In this document: piece after piece, positions 61,858-64,000 of the stretch
Numbering within the stretch: position 1 is the first letter of the stretch
How the letters are laid out: every line of letters begins with the position of its first letter
Assembly: GCA_977017575.1 (NCBI GenBank)
Contig: CDRNVI010000168.1
Location: forward strand, 1-64,000
DNA: 64,000 nucleotides
Direction of reading: 5' to 3'
Origin: Paramoeba atlantica
Taxonomy: Eukaryota > Protista > Discosea
Position numbers and translations under genes: made by a program
The notes under the pieces: generated by a model
Seen by the model: only the letters and a program-made list of their open reading frames with translations
What the model was told of the DNA's origin: nothing
The model's database searches: none

Positions 61858-62682
61858 ATGGGATTTTCAGCTGGAAGAGTTGTTCAACAGAATGGAAATG
61901 ACCAAAGTGTTCGCCCAATACCTTTCAATGTTTTGTTGAAAGGCGATTCTGGAGTAGGAAAGGTTTTTTTTGTTTTTCTTTCTCTTTCGAGACGTTTTTT
62001 TTTCCAAAAAATCTTTCTATTTATTTCTTTTCTTCATTTTTTAAAATCAAGACTGGTATCTTTTCTCAATGTACAAAGAATCAATTTTCTGAGACTTTTC
62101 AATCAACAATTGGAGTTGATTTTGCGACCAAGACTCTTACCTTCGGAGATTCTTCGTATCTGTTCAAAATTGTATGGAACTTTTCTTTCTTTTGTTTTTC
62201 TTCTTTCTTTTCAATTCTTTTTTTTTCCTTTTTTTTTCCTTTTTTTTCTTGCAGAACGATACAGCAGGACAGGATAGATTTCGAATAATTACAAGTGACC
62301 CACTTTACCGAATAGCGAAAGGAATTATTCTTGTGTATTCTGTCACAAACCGTGCATCATTTAATCATATTCACAATTGGGCTGCTGAAGTAAAAGAACA
62401 ATCACCTTTGAATATCAAAATAATTCTTGTTGGAAATAAGATTGATCTTCAAGATCAACGAGAAGTTCTTTATGATGAAGGAAAGGTTTTTTTCTTTTTT
62501 TTTTTGAATAAATTCTTTAATTTTAGTCTTAAAAATTATTTCTCTTTTAGCAATTAGCAAATGAGCTGGGATTCCAAGGATTCTTTGAAACTTCAGCAAA
62601 ACAAAATGAAAATGTTGAGGAATTGTTCTTAGAGATGGCAAACCAAACATCTTTTGTCAATGTGAAAAGAGCTCGAGATTAA
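61858..62682 (+). CDS. Rab-like small GTPase copy A, 4 exons, no C-terminal Cys
   Basis: GDSGVGKT, STIGVDF, DTAGQDRF, GNKID, ETSAK; starts MGFSAG, ends NVKRARD*. Confidence 0.9.
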
Positions 62683-63096
62683 AAAAAAAAAAAGGGAGGA
62701 AATAACATCAAGAAACCAGATCAAACTTGCCTACCGAATCTGACCCACCAGAATCGGCATTTGTCTTTTTGGCTCAGTGGTTGGTTGAACAGAATCATTT
62801 GCCCAAATGGTGGACCAATTTCTTTTTGAAAAAGTTTTCTATCAATGTTTTGCTGGCTTGACCTCTCTCTCTCTCTTCGATTTAAATATATCAAAGATTG
62901 GTTTTCAATTGGTTTCAGATCTTCTTTTGTTGCTTCGAACACTTTTTTCGACGCCTTAGGCCTGATTTAGATAAAAAGAGTATCTTTTCCGCCAATATTT
63001 TTCTTTGAATTTTCCAACGACAATCGACACGAACTGTTTTTTTGCATTTTGGCAAAACCGCAACAGGGATTGTTTCTCTTTTCTTTTAAAAGAGGA

Positions 63097-63899
63097 ATGG
63101 GTTGTTCAGCTGGAAGAGTTCAACAGAATGGAAATGACCAAATGATCCACAAAATTCGCTCAAAACCTTTCGAAATTTTGTTGTTAGGAGATTCTGGAGT
63201 AGGAAAGGTTTTTCTCTTTGAGTTTTGACAAACAATCTTCTTTTATTTAAATTTTCTTTTTAAAAATCAAGACTGGTCTCTTTTCTCGATGTACAGGGAA
63301 GTTATTTTCTGAGGTTTTTCTTCCTTCAGTTCGACTTGATTATGGGATTAAGAAAGTTACCCAAGGAGATTCTTCGTATCGGTTCAAAATTGTATGGAAC
63401 TTTTCTTTCTTTTGTGTTTTTTTTTCTTATATCTTGTCGATCCTTTTTTTTCTGATTAAAATCCCTGTTTTTTCCAGTGGGATACTGCAGGACAGAAAAG
63501 ATTTCAAGGAGAGAGGGAGAACCTTTTTTCAAGAGCTGAAGGAATTATTCTTGTGTATTCTGTTGCAAATCGTGCATCATTTGATCATATTCATGATTGG
63601 GTTGCTGAAGTAAAAGAACACACACCTCCGAATATCAAAATAATTCTTGTTGGAAATAAGATTGATGTTCACGATCAACGAGTAGTTCTTTGCGATGAAG
63701 GAAAGGTTTTTTTCTTTTTTTTTGAATCGCTTCTTTAATTTTGGTCTTTTTTAAATTCTTGATCTTTTAGCAATTAGCAAATGATCTGGGATTCCAATTC
63801 TTTGAGACTTCAGCAAAACAAAATGAAAGATTTGATGAATTGTTCTTAGGGCTGGTGGGAGAAAGACCTTTCCTCAATGTGAAAAGAGCTGGAGATTAA
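63097..63899 (+). CDS. Rab-like small GTPase copy B, 4 exons, divergent switch I, no C-terminal Cys
   Basis: GDSGVGKT, PSVRLDY, WDTAGQKRF, GNKID, ETSAK; starts MGCSAG, ends NVKRAGD*. Confidence 0.88.
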
Positions 63900-64000
63900 A
63901 AAGGGGAAAAAAACATCAAGGAACGAACCTGATTTCGAAAAAAGGAAATGACTGCCCAAATGGTGGATCAATTTCTTTTTGAAAAAGGTCTCAATCTTGT

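Noticed and set aside
1-64000. Many 60-200 aa F/L/S- or K/R/E-rich ORFs; alternative genetic code; transposons, tRNA or rRNA
   Set aside because: The ORFs are translations of intronic pyrimidine or purine tracts. All gene models close with standard stops. No transposase/RT motifs, terminal repeats or structural RNA signatures were seen.

Overview
AT-rich, intron-dense eukaryotic DNA using the standard code, with GT-AG introns that have T-rich 5' ends. The style suggests a protist, possibly an amoebozoan (inference only). About 25 protein-coding genes can be assembled by hand across introns: SPRY-like (partial), sulfotransferase, DDX52/ROK1, two tandem Rac-like and two tandem Rab-like GTPases, two tandem copies of a HACD (PTPLA/Phs1) dehydratase fused in frame to an SDR-like domain, secreted SnoaL-like protein, GT61, a PSPNPV-repeat membrane protein, ankyrin protein, APS kinase, degenerate PEPCK-like protein, ZnF-SH3-RING protein, CutC, secreted 5'-nucleotidase-like protein, large 7TM protein, an inverted RING-B-box-Sel1 pair, PACS-like protein, an orphan, enoyl-CoA isomerase, MAPEG and acyl-CoA synthetase. 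No rRNA, tRNA, CRISPR or transposon was recognised. Best leads: (1) the duplicated HACD::SDR-like fusion, a candidate bifunctional fatty-acid elongation enzyme; (2) five unrelated or paralogous proteins starting with Met-Gly, lacking prenylation cysteines and sharing a C-terminal K-[RK]-A-x motif; (3) recurrent tandem arrays of exon-end plus intron units inside genes (8 copies in PACS, 3 in DDX52). All family calls come from motif recognition and gene models are manual; no searches were run.
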